In this document: piece after piece, positions 20,499-32,368 of the stretch
Numbering within the stretch: position 1 is the stretch's first letter
How the letters are laid out: each line of letters opens with the position of its first letter
From: Bacilli bacterium
Lineage (GTDB): Bacteria; Bacillota_I; Bacilli_A; ML615J-28; CAG-698
Assembly (NCBI GenBank): GCA_050953085.1
Contig: JBMNLX010000001.1
Coordinates: 187,234-251,233, forward strand
Direction: 5' to 3'
DNA length: 64,000 nucleotides
Program-made: the position numbers and the translations under genes
Notes under the pieces: generated by a model
Database searches by the model: none
Told to the model about the DNA's origin: nothing
The model's input: only the letters and a program-made list of their open reading frames with translations

Positions 20499-20521
20499 AA
20501 AACACCGGCGAGGCCGGTGTT
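20499..20521 (-). terminator. Terminator after dnaJ
   Basis: AACACCGGC-gag-GCCGGTGTT hairpin plus T-run on the minus strand. Confidence 0.75.
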
Positions 20522-20532
20522 ATTCGCGCCGA

Positions 20533-21654
20533 TTACGAAAAGAATTTTTTGATTTTCTCGAAAAACGACGCGGGTTTTTCGTTTGTTTTACTCAAGCGGT
20601 TAAAGAGTTCCTTCTGCTCGGCCGAAAGGTGCGTCGGCGTCACAACTTTTACAAGCACGTATTGATTCCCCGTCGTCCCCGCGCGGGAACTCGCGATCCC
20701 CTTGCGGCTCAATTTGAATTTTGTCCCCGTTTGCGTTCCCGCGGGAATCTTAAGTTTAACGGGACCGGTCAGGGTCGGGACGGATACCGTGGCGCCGAGG
20801 GCGGCCTGACTAAAGGTGATTGGCATTTCCATATAAATATCAAGCCCGTCGCGCTCGAATATCTCGTGCGGCTGAACGGAAATATTGATATACAAGTCGC
20901 CGGGAGTTCCGCCTTTCGCGCCCGCCTCTCCGTAACCGGAAAGTTTAAGACCCTGGCCGTCGTCAATGCCGGCCGGGATCTTAACCTTGACCCGCGCCGT
21001 TTTCCGGACGCGGCCCTCGCCGCCGCAGGTCTTGCATTTGTTTTTGATTATCTCGCCGCTTCCCCGGCAATTCGAGCAAGCGGTTTCCGTCTGTATTCGG
21101 CCGAAAAGAGAGTTTTGTTCGTGAATTACGCGGCCGCGGCCGTGACATTTCGGGCAGATTTCGACGTCGGAACGCGATTCCGCGCCCAAGCCGCTGCATT
21201 CGGTGCATGTCTCGTATTTATTGATTGCCAATTCTTTTTCCACCCCGAAAGCCGCTTCCTCGAAACTAATCGTAATCGAGGTGCGCAAATCGGCGCCCCT
21301 GGTTTTTCCCGAGGGCCGGGAACCGCGGCGCGAGCCGCCGAAAATCGACGATAAAATATCATCGAAACCCCCGAAACCGCCGAAGCCGCCGAAATTAAAG
21401 CCCTCGAAACCGCTCCCGAAGCCGGAACCGAACCCGGGACCCTCATGACCGAAGCGGTCGTATTGGTCGCGTTTTGCCGGATCGCTTAGGACTTCGTACG
21501 CTTCCTGGATTTCTTTAAATTTCGTCTCGGCGTCGGGTTCTTTACTGACGTCGGGATGATATTTTTTCGCAAGCGTCCGGTAGGCTTTCTTGATGTCGTC
21601 TTCCGACGCGTCGCGCGTTACCCCTAATACTTCATAATAATCTCTTTTGGCCAT
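20533..21654 (-). CDS. dnaJ: Chaperone DnaJ
   Basis: J domain HPD, G/F-rich linker, four CxxCxGxG repeats. Confidence 0.98.
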   Translation of the reverse strand: MAKRDYYEVLGVTRDASEDDIKKAYRTLAKKYHPDVSKEPDAETKFKEIQEAYEVLSDPAKRDQYDRFGHEGPGFGSGFGSGFEGFNFGGFGGFGGFDDILSSIFGGSRRGSRPSGKTRGADLRTSITISFEEAAFGVEKELAINKYETCTECSGLGAESRSDVEICPKCHGRGRVIHEQNSLFGRIQTETACSNCRGSGEIIKNKCKTCGGEGRVRKTARVKVKIPAGIDDGQGLKLSGYGEAGAKGGTPGDLYINISVQPHEIFERDGLDIYMEMPITFSQAALGATVSVPTLTGPVKLKIPAGTQTGTKFKLSRKGIASSRAGTTGNQYVLVKVVTPTHLSAEQKELFNRLSKTNEKPASFFEKIKKFFS

Positions 21655-21681
21655 ATTTCACTCTTTCTCAGGAAGCGAGTA

Positions 21682-24109
<2,428 letters not shown>

Positions 24110-24110
24110 C

Positions 24111-25127
24111 TTACATAACCCTCTTTATATTTTTTGCTATATATTCCAACAGCGGGATAATCTTTTGATAATCCATGCGCGTCGGGCCGATCACGGCGAT
24201 CGCGCCGCGTTCGCCGTTGGCGATCTCATAGGGAACGGTAATGACCGTGCAATCCTTCATCGCCTTGATAAAGTTCTCGGCGCCGATGCGGACGGTAAGG
24301 CCGTCTTCCGCCACCGAGATCGCCTTGAGAATCTCCTGGTTTTCGATGGCGTTGACAAATTCCTTGACTTTATCAATGTTTTGGAACTCGGGAAGGTTCA
24401 TAATATTGCTTTGCCCGGAAAGAAAATACTTATCCTGAACCATCTCGGTGAAAATCCGCACGAAGGCGCTGATCAAGGTATTGTAATACTCGACAAACTG
24501 CCTTAAACCCGACTCGCGCAAGTGGGCGTTGATCGTCTCGTCGATTTTCGCAATCGGCGTGTCATGAAGGAGATCGTTCAAAACGGTGATGACCCGTTCG
24601 ATATCACGGGTGCTAATCTCCTCGGGAATCATGATTTTCTTGCTCTCGACGTAACCCTTGTCGGTCACGAGGAGGAGGACGGCATGATTCTCGGTCAACG
24701 ACACGAACTGCAGTTTTTTAATCTTCGCGTTATAGCTCGTCGAACCCAATACGACCGCGGCGTAATTGGTAAGATCGGTTACCAGCTGCATCGCTTCTTT
24801 AATCGCCTGCTCCCGGCTGATAAAATCGCGGGTAAAAATCTCGTCGATCATCGGGAAGTTTTCCTTGCTTTTGTCTCTTTCCGCCAGGATTTCCTTAACG
24901 TAGAACCGGTAGCCGGCTTCCGAAGGAATCCGCCCGCTCGAGAAATGGGTCTTTTCAATCAAGCCGTGTTGCTCGAGCTCGACCATTTCGTTGCGCACGG
25001 TGGCGGAAGATATATTCAGGGGAAAGTCGGGGTGATTGATGATCGTGTTCGAACCGACGGGTTCGTTGGTCCGCACGTACTCCTCAACAACCAACCGCAG
25101 GATTAATTTTTGCCGGGCAGTTATCAT
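24111..25127 (-). CDS. hrcA: Heat-inducible repressor HrcA
   Basis: SSATVRNEM, HFSSGRIPS, IGPTRMDY. Confidence 0.97.
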   Translation of the reverse strand: MITARQKLILRLVVEEYVRTNEPVGSNTIINHPDFPLNISSATVRNEMVELEQHGLIEKTHFSSGRIPSEAGYRFYVKEILAERDKSKENFPMIDEIFTRDFISREQAIKEAMQLVTDLTNYAAVVLGSTSYNAKIKKLQFVSLTENHAVLLLVTDKGYVESKKIMIPEEISTRDIERVITVLNDLLHDTPIAKIDETINAHLRESGLRQFVEYYNTLISAFVRIFTEMVQDKYFLSGQSNIMNLPEFQNIDKVKEFVNAIENQEILKAISVAEDGLTVRIGAENFIKAMKDCTVITVPYEIANGERGAIAVIGPTRMDYQKIIPLLEYIAKNIKRVM

Positions 25128-25139
25128 ATCATTCTCCTT

Positions 25140-25166
25140 TTAGCACTCGCTGTCGGTATATGCTAA
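25140..25166. promoter_or_regulatory. CIRCE element 1
   Basis: TTAGCACTC-N9-ATATGCTAA. Confidence 0.88.
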
Positions 25167-25170
25167 CATT

Positions 25171-25199
25171 ATTATACTCTTTTTCATTAGCACTGTCAA
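25171..25199 (-). promoter_or_regulatory. Consensus sigmaA promoter of the hrcA operon
   Basis: TTGACA-N17-TATAAT. Confidence 0.9.
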
Positions 25200-25213
25200 G
25201 TGCTTTTTGCTAA
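25187..25213. promoter_or_regulatory. CIRCE element 2, overlapping the -35 box
   Basis: TTAGCACTG-N9-TTTTGCTAA. Confidence 0.75.
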
Positions 25214-25290
25214 TATTATATGCGCTTTTGGCGGTTTATATACAAAAGGCGAAAAAACATCATAAAAAAACATTCCCCGAGGGAATGTTT

Positions 25291-25390
25291 AGGGTATGAA
25301 CCCGCATGACTTACGAGTAATGCCTATCTTTGATATTCCACCGGAGACAGGTATTTTCATTTTACCTGCTATTGTTCGTCATAAAAGCCT
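25291..25390 (-). pseudogene. Possible IS3-family transposase C-terminal remnant
   Basis: Minus strand reads FYDEQ*QVK*KYLSPVEYQR*, resembling the IS3 OrfB terminal LSPVEY motif. Confidence 0.4.
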
Positions 25391-25589
25391 ATATTGTTTG
25401 CTTTAGTTCTCCAAATCATAAAAAAATTAAAAAAACTAACAGTGAAAAACGAAAAAGCCTGCTGACGTATACTTAGTCAACAGGCTAGCATTTCACTTAA
25501 AAAATGAAATGCTTTTTTCTTACCAGTTATTTTGTAATGCCATGAATATAAAGAAGTTAATTTTTCCTCTACTTATAATTCCAATGCTT

Positions 25590-25826
25590 CTAAAAAATTT
25601 CGTAAAAACTGTATGCCTCATTTTTTTCTTTCTCTGTATATTTAATCGCATTGGCAGCCCGAAATATTTTCCTTAGTTTATTTTTTATATCGTTTACGTT
25701 GTCTTTATTTTCTAAATATTCTAGATTACTGACAGGCAATATCAATAAATGAAAATCATTATTCAATGATATCTGATTTTCCTTGCCGATTACCTCAATA
25801 ATTTTACTGCAATCGACTTTACTCAT
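25590..25826 (-). CDS. Hypothetical protein or fragment
   Basis: 78-aa AT-rich ORF, no recognised motif. Confidence 0.3.
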   Translation of the reverse strand: MSKVDCSKIIEVIGKENQISLNNDFHLLILPVSNLEYLENKDNVNDIKNKLRKIFRAANAIKYTEKEKNEAYSFYEIF

Positions 25827-25942
25827 AATTTCTTTCTTTATAACATTAAGCAGGAAAATATCCTAGATTTTATCTTTATACTCTCATTAATTTATACGAA
25901 GCGGCGATTCCATGATATTCAGGTGGCATATTACCCGTTCCT

Positions 25943-26224
25943 ATGCCAGACGAAAAAAACTTTGGTTCAAATCTGGAGTACATAGGAAAACATATTCCAT
26001 ATGCAAGTTCAGCAAAGCTTGATTTGAAAGCACGCCAACCATTTGGAGGTGACCTTCGGGTCTTCTTAACCTTTGACGACGGAAGAAAGGTTTTTGCGCT
26101 GGTCAAATGGTTTCAGAAAGAACTCGGTGTTGCTGACATTCCGGTCGGCTCAAAAGTAAATCTGATCTATACAAGAAACAAAGCAGGCAATGTTTTTATG
26201 ACCGGAATTGAGGTGATGGAATGA
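25943..26224 (+). CDS. Hypothetical protein
   Basis: 93-aa ORF, protein-like composition, co-oriented with the recombinase. Confidence 0.45.
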   Translation: MPDEKNFGSNLEYIGKHIPYASSAKLDLKARQPFGGDLRVFLTFDDGRKVFALVKWFQKELGVADIPVGSKVNLIYTRNKAGNVFMTGIEVME

Positions 26225-26332
26225 TACGTGTCATTGACTTAGCAAGCATCGCCTTTGGGAACCCAAAGTCAGTTGTTGTTGGGTAGGCCCAAACCCTTAA
26301 GCTCATCGACAAAAAAGAAATGGAGGAATGAA

Positions 26333-26512
26333 ATGACGGGAAAAGAAAAAGCAAACTACATATTGCAGGTGAAGGATATATTCTCACAAAAACGCACAGC
26401 CGCCGAAATTTTTGCAGAGCTCATTCTGACCGAGCGTAAAAATGTCACAAAAAGTTACTGGACGAAGCCGAAGTCAAAAGCTATAATGAAGCTGTCGACT
26501 GTCAAATCCTAA
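26333..26512 (+). CDS. Small protein preceding the recombinase
   Basis: GGAGG RBS, 59 aa MTGKEKANYILQVKDIFS...; contains a TGGACG-N17-TATAAT promoter match (26459-26487). Confidence 0.45.
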   Translation: MTGKEKANYILQVKDIFSQKRTAAEIFAELILTERKNVTKSYWTKPKSKAIMKLSTVKS

Positions 26513-26540
26513 TTTGGTTGTTCAGTTTCAGGAGGTAAAC

Positions 26541-28172
26541 ATGGAACAACAAAGGATTTATAGCGGTACAGGGTACCGTGCAGCCATTTACTGTCGTCTG
26601 TCAAAGGACGACGAACAAGCCGGAGAAAGCATTAGTATCGGCACACAAAAGTCTATGCTGGAGAGCTACTGCCGTGAACAGGGCTTTCTGGTATACGATT
26701 ATTATGTAGATGACGGATATTCCGGCCTTAACTTCAACCGCCCCGGCTTTGAACGGATGCTCAATGATATTGACAACGGTAAGGTAAACCTTGTCATTAC
26801 CAAAGATTTAAGCCGTTTAGGACGTGACTACATTCAGACCGGCTATTACACCGAAGTGTATTTCAGCCGTAAGCATGTGCGGTATATTGCCCTGAATGAC
26901 CGTTTTGATTCCATGCGAGACGACAATGACATTGCACCGTTCAAGAACATTCTGAACGATATGTACGCAAAGGATCTGTCCCGTAAGGTCAAAGCAGCGA
27001 AAAGGCAACGAGCCAAGAACGGTTTCTTCATCAGTGCGCAGGCACCATACGGGTACAAGCCGAACCCCCATAACCGCAATCAATTGATTGTAGATGAAGA
27101 AGCTGCCAACGTAGTAAAGAAAATCTTTGCACTGGCGCTGTCCGGTTACGGTGCAGTAAAAATCGCTAAAGCATTGAAAGCGGAACGAATCATCAATCCA
27201 TCCGCTTACAAGGCAAAAAACGGCGATACACGCTTTTCACGGTACAATGACAACCAAAACCCTAACAAGGTCTATGAATGGTGTTATGCCACCATACAGA
27301 TTATCTTGCAAGATCGGGTTTACACCGGGGATATGGTCAATCACAAGTGTGAGATTGTCAATTACAAGACCAAGGAAAGGCAAACCCTGCCGAAAGAGCA
27401 ATACATAATTGTACCGAATACCCATGAGCCCCTTGTCAGCCGTGAGGATTTTGAGCAGGTGCAAATGTTGATCAAGTCCCGTCCGTCACCAACGATTTAT
27501 GAAACAGAGAACTTGTTCCGTGGGGTTCTGGTTTGTTCTGAATGCGGTCACAGTCTGTCTATGGCTCATCGTCGGGATAAGCGAGCCTATTACCGCTGTA
27601 TGCACCATTACCGCCATCCTGACGAATGTCTGCATACACATGCCATCTTTTACGATGACCTGTACAAAGTGGTTTTAGAGCGTATCAGGGCAACAGCAAG
27701 GCTATTGCAGGATGATGAAGCCTTTTACCGGCTGGTGGAAGAAAAATCCGGAATCAATACGTCTGATAAGCAATTGGCTACCGAGCGTGACAAGCTGAAA
27801 CGCAGACAGCAGGAACTTTCCACACTGCTTTTCAAGCTGTTTGAGGATCACGCTGCCGGACTGATATCCGATGAGAACTATGTAGCTTTCACAAACAGAT
27901 ACCAGTCCGAGCAGACGGAAATCCAAGAGAAAATTGTTTTGCTTGATTCAAAGCTGGAGCAACAGAGAGATTATCAGGCTAATGCAGAGCAGCTTCGCGA
28001 AGCAATCTCTGCCTATCTGAATATTGACTCATTAACGCCGTTCATCTTGAATAAGCTCATCGAGAATATTCAGGTTGGACATGCAGAAACGATCAATGGA
28101 CAGACAGTGCAGGAAATTACAATCGTGTGGAGATTTGCTGGGGAGGTTAATTCTGTAAAATGTTCATGCTAG
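26541..28172 (+). CDS. Large serine recombinase (TnpX/TndX-like)
   Basis: YCRLSKDD catalytic Ser, DDGYSG, KDLSRLGR, APYGY, Zn ribbon CSECG...YYRC; GGAGG RBS before MEQQR. Confidence 0.95.
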   Translation: MEQQRIYSGTGYRAAIYCRLSKDDEQAGESISIGTQKSMLESYCREQGFLVYDYYVDDGYSGLNFNRPGFERMLNDIDNGKVNLVITKDLSRLGRDYIQTGYYTEVYFSRKHVRYIALNDRFDSMRDDNDIAPFKNILNDMYAKDLSRKVKAAKRQRAKNGFFISAQAPYGYKPNPHNRNQLIVDEEAANVVKKIFALALSGYGAVKIAKALKAERIINPSAYKAKNGDTRFSRYNDNQNPNKVYEWCYATIQIILQDRVYTGDMVNHKCEIVNYKTKERQTLPKEQYIIVPNTHEPLVSREDFEQVQMLIKSRPSPTIYETENLFRGVLVCSECGHSLSMAHRRDKRAYYRCMHHYRHPDECLHTHAIFYDDLYKVVLERIRATARLLQDDEAFYRLVEEKSGINTSDKQLATERDKLKRRQQELSTLLFKLFEDHAAGLISDENYVAFTNRYQSEQTEIQEKIVLLDSKLEQQRDYQANAEQLREAISAYLNIDSLTPFILNKLIENIQVGHAETINGQTVQEITIVWRFAGEVNSVKCSC

Positions 28173-28575
28173 AAATAATTTTGTCTACTTTTTTCAGCTC
28201 AGAGGTTTTCTTTTCACTTTGATAAGTTGCAAAAACAACTTTAGGATATCTTGCAATAATCCAAAGCTTGATAAACCATTGGTCAGGGGTAGTTCCCATT
28301 CCATATAATACGGTTTTTTCTCTTTGGGTACTATCAAGGATAAGTGCATGATTTAATTTTATATGATTAGCGTCAATAAATTTTTTTGCCATTATACTTA
28401 TATGCTCATCTAAAGTTTCTTGTAATTCCATAATGGTATAGTATGATAAAGTTAGTGCCCCTTCTCCATCAGGACAATAGACTGAGGTTGTATCAACATC
28501 ATCTTCAATTTCCCAACCCATTGGTATTTCATATTCTAAATAATCTTTGTGTTTGATTTTCATCATAATCACCAT
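28147..28575 (-). CDS. Putative immunity protein (DUF3805-like)
   Basis: Directly downstream of the toxin tip; P.GW...YCPDGEGALTLS pattern. Confidence 0.6.
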   Translation of the reverse strand: MVIMMKIKHKDYLEYEIPMGWEIEDDVDTTSVYCPDGEGALTLSYYTIMELQETLDEHISIMAKKFIDANHIKLNHALILDSTQREKTVLYGMGTTPDQWFIKLWIIARYPKVVFATYQSEKKTSELKKVDKIISSMNILQN

Positions 28576-29106
28576 CTAATCATAAAGTTTTAGAACGCCT
28601 GTCCATTCTCCACCATACTGTTGGCTTGCAGCTGTTGTATATCTTTCTAACTGGGCAAGTCCTCTTGATATAGCCTGAGAATTATTGGGTTTTAATTCAT
28701 AAATAATTTTATTATTAAAATCGATTCCATCAACTCTACAACCTGGAGCAATCTTTTGTTCTTTTAAAACACCGGGTCCATAGTCCATTTGTTTGTGCAT
28801 TGCTTGCCCTTTTTGGACAGCAGCCTTGACTTTTGGATTTTGTGTTCCTTTCCCAGATGAAGTAGATGAAGTAGATCCTCGTGTTGATAGATATGCACTT
28901 CCTCCTGCAACAACAGCAGACCCTACAGTTCCAGCAACCGTTCCCCAATTGCCTTGAGCACCAAAGTCACTCAAAGAGCTTGAATTTTCAGCTGCGGACA
29001 TCGCAGATACTCCAAGATATGTGGCCGATCCTATAAATGCTGCGGCGGAAACTGTTGCAGCTGCGCCTCCTATTGGTGCTATCTCTAACGGCTTTCCTAT
29101 ATTCAA
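28576..29106 (-). CDS. Orphan RHS toxin C-terminus, PD-(D/E)xK nuclease (Tox-REase-9-like)
   Basis: Gly/Ala-rich pre-toxin linker, then GQAMHK...RVDGIDFNNKIIYELKPNN...QLERY; no RHS core and no good ATG. Confidence 0.75.
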   Translation of the reverse strand: MNIGKPLEIAPIGGAAATVSAAAFIGSATYLGVSAMSAAENSSSLSDFGAQGNWGTVAGTVGSAVVAGGSAYLSTRGSTSSTSSGKGTQNPKVKAAVQKGQAMHKQMDYGPGVLKEQKIAPGCRVDGIDFNNKIIYELKPNNSQAISRGLAQLERYTTAASQQYGGEWTGVLKLYD

Positions 29107-29154
29107 TTTCTATTTTTAAGTCTTGATAATGCCTTACTTCCTTAGGCCCGGGTT

Positions 29155-29760
29155 TTACTTTTCCAACTTGCTGATAGCCTTCTTTGCTTCACGGCGAATC
29201 CAGGCTTTTTCATGATTCAAAAATGGTTCTATATAGGGTATTAAATCTTTGTTTTTGTAATATTTCATGGCTACTATAATATGACCATTAATGTCTTCAT
29301 CATCTAATAAATTAATGAATGAATCGATTGCCTTGGCGCTTTTTAGTCTGCCGAGGAGCCAAACAAACATTTGCCGGGATGTCCCATTCTTTTTGTCATT
29401 AATGATTTTTATGTATTCATCCTCATATCGTTTATCCTTGATGTTATCGATCGTCGCTCCAATAGCCCACTTGTATGAGTTATTATCGCTGGAGTGGAAT
29501 TCTTCAAGCAAAGTTTCGGTCGCGTCATAAAAACCCCTTACGCCTAACGATCTGACAACAATCTGCTTCCATTGCGGTGACTTAAGCAGTTTTAAGTGTT
29601 TCAGTAAAACAGGAATGAGAACTTTATCCTGTTTTGATATCGCTCCAATTTGAAGATAGTTCTTGTAATTATACCCGCAATCATTTACTTCCTTCAGTAA
29701 TTGACTATCAATTAATTTTCCATCGATTGGACGTAAATCCTGACCGTTTTTGTTTTCCAT
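29155..29760 (-). CDS. HEAT-repeat protein, putative immunity protein
   Basis: HEAT-like helices (IVVRSLG, WAIGATI, WIRREAKKAI); GGAGG RBS; follows the RHS remnant. Confidence 0.75.
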   Translation of the reverse strand: MENKNGQDLRPIDGKLIDSQLLKEVNDCGYNYKNYLQIGAISKQDKVLIPVLLKHLKLLKSPQWKQIVVRSLGVRGFYDATETLLEEFHSSDNNSYKWAIGATIDNIKDKRYEDEYIKIINDKKNGTSRQMFVWLLGRLKSAKAIDSFINLLDDEDINGHIIVAMKYYKNKDLIPYIEPFLNHEKAWIRREAKKAISKLEK

Positions 29761-29764
29761 TTAA

Positions 29765-30881
29765 CTAACCTCCTATTAATTTAAATATCATTTCTCTTGA
29801 ATCTTTTAAATCTTGTAAGGTGCGAGACAGAACAGTATCATTTCTTTTTTCATGCCTTTGAGTACTAACTGGCAAACTCGGGAACCCAAAGTTAATGTTA
29901 GCGCATTTAAAAAGGGCATCCACGGAAAAAGACCCGGAATCGAGATACAATAAATTTCGATAAACAAAATCCTTATATTCAGCAACCTTAAAAGCTTTAT
30001 CGGGCGCTTTATCAGGTACGAAATCAGGCATTATTGGTAGGTTTGCAGTTTGAACTTGACAATAACCGTGAATATCTCCCACTATGGCTCCGGTTATCGC
30101 CCCCGACCATAAATCCATCTGCAGCGCCGTTTAGCACAGCTTCACCTATTCCTGAAAAACTGCCGGTATTCACTAAATGCACTCCAGCGCTTACAGCAGC
30201 GCTCCTAGAGTACCGTAAACTGCACCAGATATCGCCCCCTTCAACGCGCTCGCTGCAACCACCGCAACAAGCCCTGTAGCTGCAGCTGCCACAGTTGCAA
30301 TAACAGCTGCGCTAATTAGGAGTTTTTTTGCCGACTTTGGCCAATACCTCGCATCATCAAGCATGTTTACCGGATTATTGGCGCAATAGCAATATAGATT
30401 TGTCTCACCCGATAATATCATGCTAATATCTAATAAATCTCCCTATAAAGGAATCATAATACTTTGAGTTAAGATAATAGAATTTAGTCTCGGCATCATA
30501 ATAGTAACTTTTAATCTGAACAGATTTTTCTCGCCCAGTCCGATTCCTCTATTATCGAAGATCCTAGCAGGTTTAGTTTCTTCGTATTAATATCATCCCC
30601 TAAATATATGAAAATGTTAACCAATTTATAATATTACGATACTTATCCCCATTTTTTATTTTGATGATTATATTTTATAACATAATATTCCAAAGGGCAA
30701 GTATAAAAATTATTAAGATATTGCCTATAATGCCTCTAACATAATAATATTCATTACAAGTGAGATTATCATTGAGTTTTACAAATCCATATAATCTTTC
30801 TGCTTCATCATACAAAAAATCATAAATGCCTTTGCTTATTAGTTTAGATTCTTCATAAATTAATGTATATTCGAACGACAA
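29765..30881 (-). pseudogene. Decayed RHS repeat-associated core gene
   Basis: Fragments in different frames: EYYYVRGIIGNI, YYYDAETKFYYLNSKYYDSFIGRFI (~30430-30510), NLYCYCANNPVNMLD, Ala/Gly-rich linker. Confidence 0.85.
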
Positions 30882-30909
30882 AATAATAAAAAACGCGTTT
30901 AATTAATCA

Positions 30910-30948
30910 AAAAAGCATCTCACCAGCATTCGGTTGAGATGCTTTTTT
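30910..30948. terminator. Bidirectional terminator after nfnB
   Basis: AAAAAGCATCTCA...TGAGATGCTTTTT inverted repeat. Confidence 0.75.
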
Positions 30949-30976
30949 CAAACTATTGTTATTTATTTTCTATCCA

Positions 30977-32368
30977 CTAATAGCTAACAGCGCCGGATTT
31001 TTTTATATAACAATCAATCTCATAAGCGGCTTTTTTCCCGGCTTCCATCGCCGCGATAACGGTCGACGCGCCGGTCGCGACGTCACCGCCCGCAAAGACT
31101 CCGGGGATGCTCGTCATCAAGCGCTCGTCGACGAAAAGGCAGCCATTTTTATTAACGGCGAGGCCCGGTGTTTCGTTCTTCAGAAGCGGGTTGGGGTGAT
31201 TGCCGATCGCGACGATGACGGTATCGGCGGGAAGGGAAAACCCCGATCCGGGGAGCGTCACGGGCCGTCGTCGCCCCGATTCGTCGGGCTCGCCGAGAGT
31301 CATCCGCGCGCACTTCACGCTCCGGACAAAATCGCGCTCGCCGATAATCGCCGTCGGATTGGAAAGAAAACGGATATCGACGCCTTCATCGAGGGCGTGT
31401 TCGACTTCTTCCGCTCGGGCCGGCATTTCCGCTCGGGTCCGACGGTAGACGACAACGACATCCGCGCCCAGGCGGCGCGCCGTTCGCGCGGCGTCCATCG
31501 CGACGTTTCCGCCGCCGATCACGACGGCCTTCTTTATCGGTTTTAACGGCGTTTCGTAACCTTCCCGGCCGGCTCGCATCAAATTGACGCGCGTTAAAAA
31601 CTCGTTCGCAGCGAAAACGCCGTTTAAGTTTTCGCCGGGGATGCCCATGAATTTGGGAAGACCGGCGCCGGCGCCGATAAAGACGGCGTCGTAGCGCTCC
31701 AAAAGTTCCGTAAGCGCGAAAGTTTTTCCGATAACGGTGTTAAGACAAAAGTCGACGCCCGCGTTTTTTAACTTCCCGATTTCCCTTTCGACAACATCGT
31801 TCGGCAACCTAAATTCCGGGATGCCGTAAGTCAACACCCCGCCCGCGGCGTGGAGCGCTTCGTAAACGCGGACTTCATAACCGAGACGCCGGAGCGTCCC
31901 GGCGCAGGTTAAGCCGGCGGGGCCCGACCCGACGACCGCGACGCGGCCCCGGAGCGTCCCGGCGATTTCATCTTCCGCTTCTTCCCGATAATTATCGGCG
32001 ACGTAACGCTCGAGACGGCCGATGGCGACGGGCTCGCCTTTTAGGCCGCGGACGCAAGCAGCCTCGCATTGGGTCTCCTGCGGGCATACCCTCCCGCAAA
32101 TCGCCGGCAATAGGTTCGCGGCGGTAATAACATCATGCGCCGCGCGAAGATCGCCCGCTTTAATTTTCCCGATAAAGGCCGGGATATCAATATTAACGGG
32201 ACAACCGGCGACGCAGGGCGCGTTTTTGCATTGTAGGCAACGTCTCGCCTCGGCGCGGGCCTCGGCGGCGTTATAGCCGAGAGCGACCTCGGAGAAATTC
32301 TTTATCCGTTCCGCGGGCGGAAGTTCGCGCATTTTTACCCGCTTTTTTAAATCTTCATGAGCCGGCAT
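30977..32368 (-). CDS. nfnB: NfnB/SudA-type NADPH oxidoreductase (GltD-like)
   Basis: RCLQCKNAPCVAGCP, GRVCPQETQCE, GSGPAG, GGGNVAMD; paired with NfnA. Confidence 0.88.
   Translation of the reverse strand: MPAHEDLKKRVKMRELPPAERIKNFSEVALGYNAAEARAEARRCLQCKNAPCVAGCPVNIDIPAFIGKIKAGDLRAAHDVITAANLLPAICGRVCPQETQCEAACVRGLKGEPVAIGRLERYVADNYREEAEDEIAGTLRGRVAVVGSGPAGLTCAGTLRRLGYEVRVYEALHAAGGVLTYGIPEFRLPNDVVEREIGKLKNAGVDFCLNTVIGKTFALTELLERYDAVFIGAGAGLPKFMGIPGENLNGVFAANEFLTRVNLMRAGREGYETPLKPIKKAVVIGGGNVAMDAARTARRLGADVVVVYRRTRAEMPARAEEVEHALDEGVDIRFLSNPTAIIGERDFVRSVKCARMTLGEPDESGRRRPVTLPGSGFSLPADTVIVAIGNHPNPLLKNETPGLAVNKNGCLFVDERLMTSIPGVFAGGDVATGASTVIAAMEAGKKAAYEIDCYIKKSGAVSY

Larger units (their letters stand above)
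25290..30900. mobile_element. AT-rich islet: serine recombinase plus decayed RHS toxin/immunity modules (boundaries approximate)
   Basis: Abrupt loss of host CG-rich style between terminators at ~25268-25290 and ~30910-30948; gene content. Confidence 0.7.

Noticed and set aside
26541-28172. Recombinase as a SpoIVCA/skin excisase for sigK
   Set aside because: sigK is intact about 10 kb away and no split sporulation gene flanks the islet.
30977-32368. Glutamate synthase small subunit
   Set aside because: No gltB nearby; pairing with an NfnA/SudB gene indicates NfnAB.
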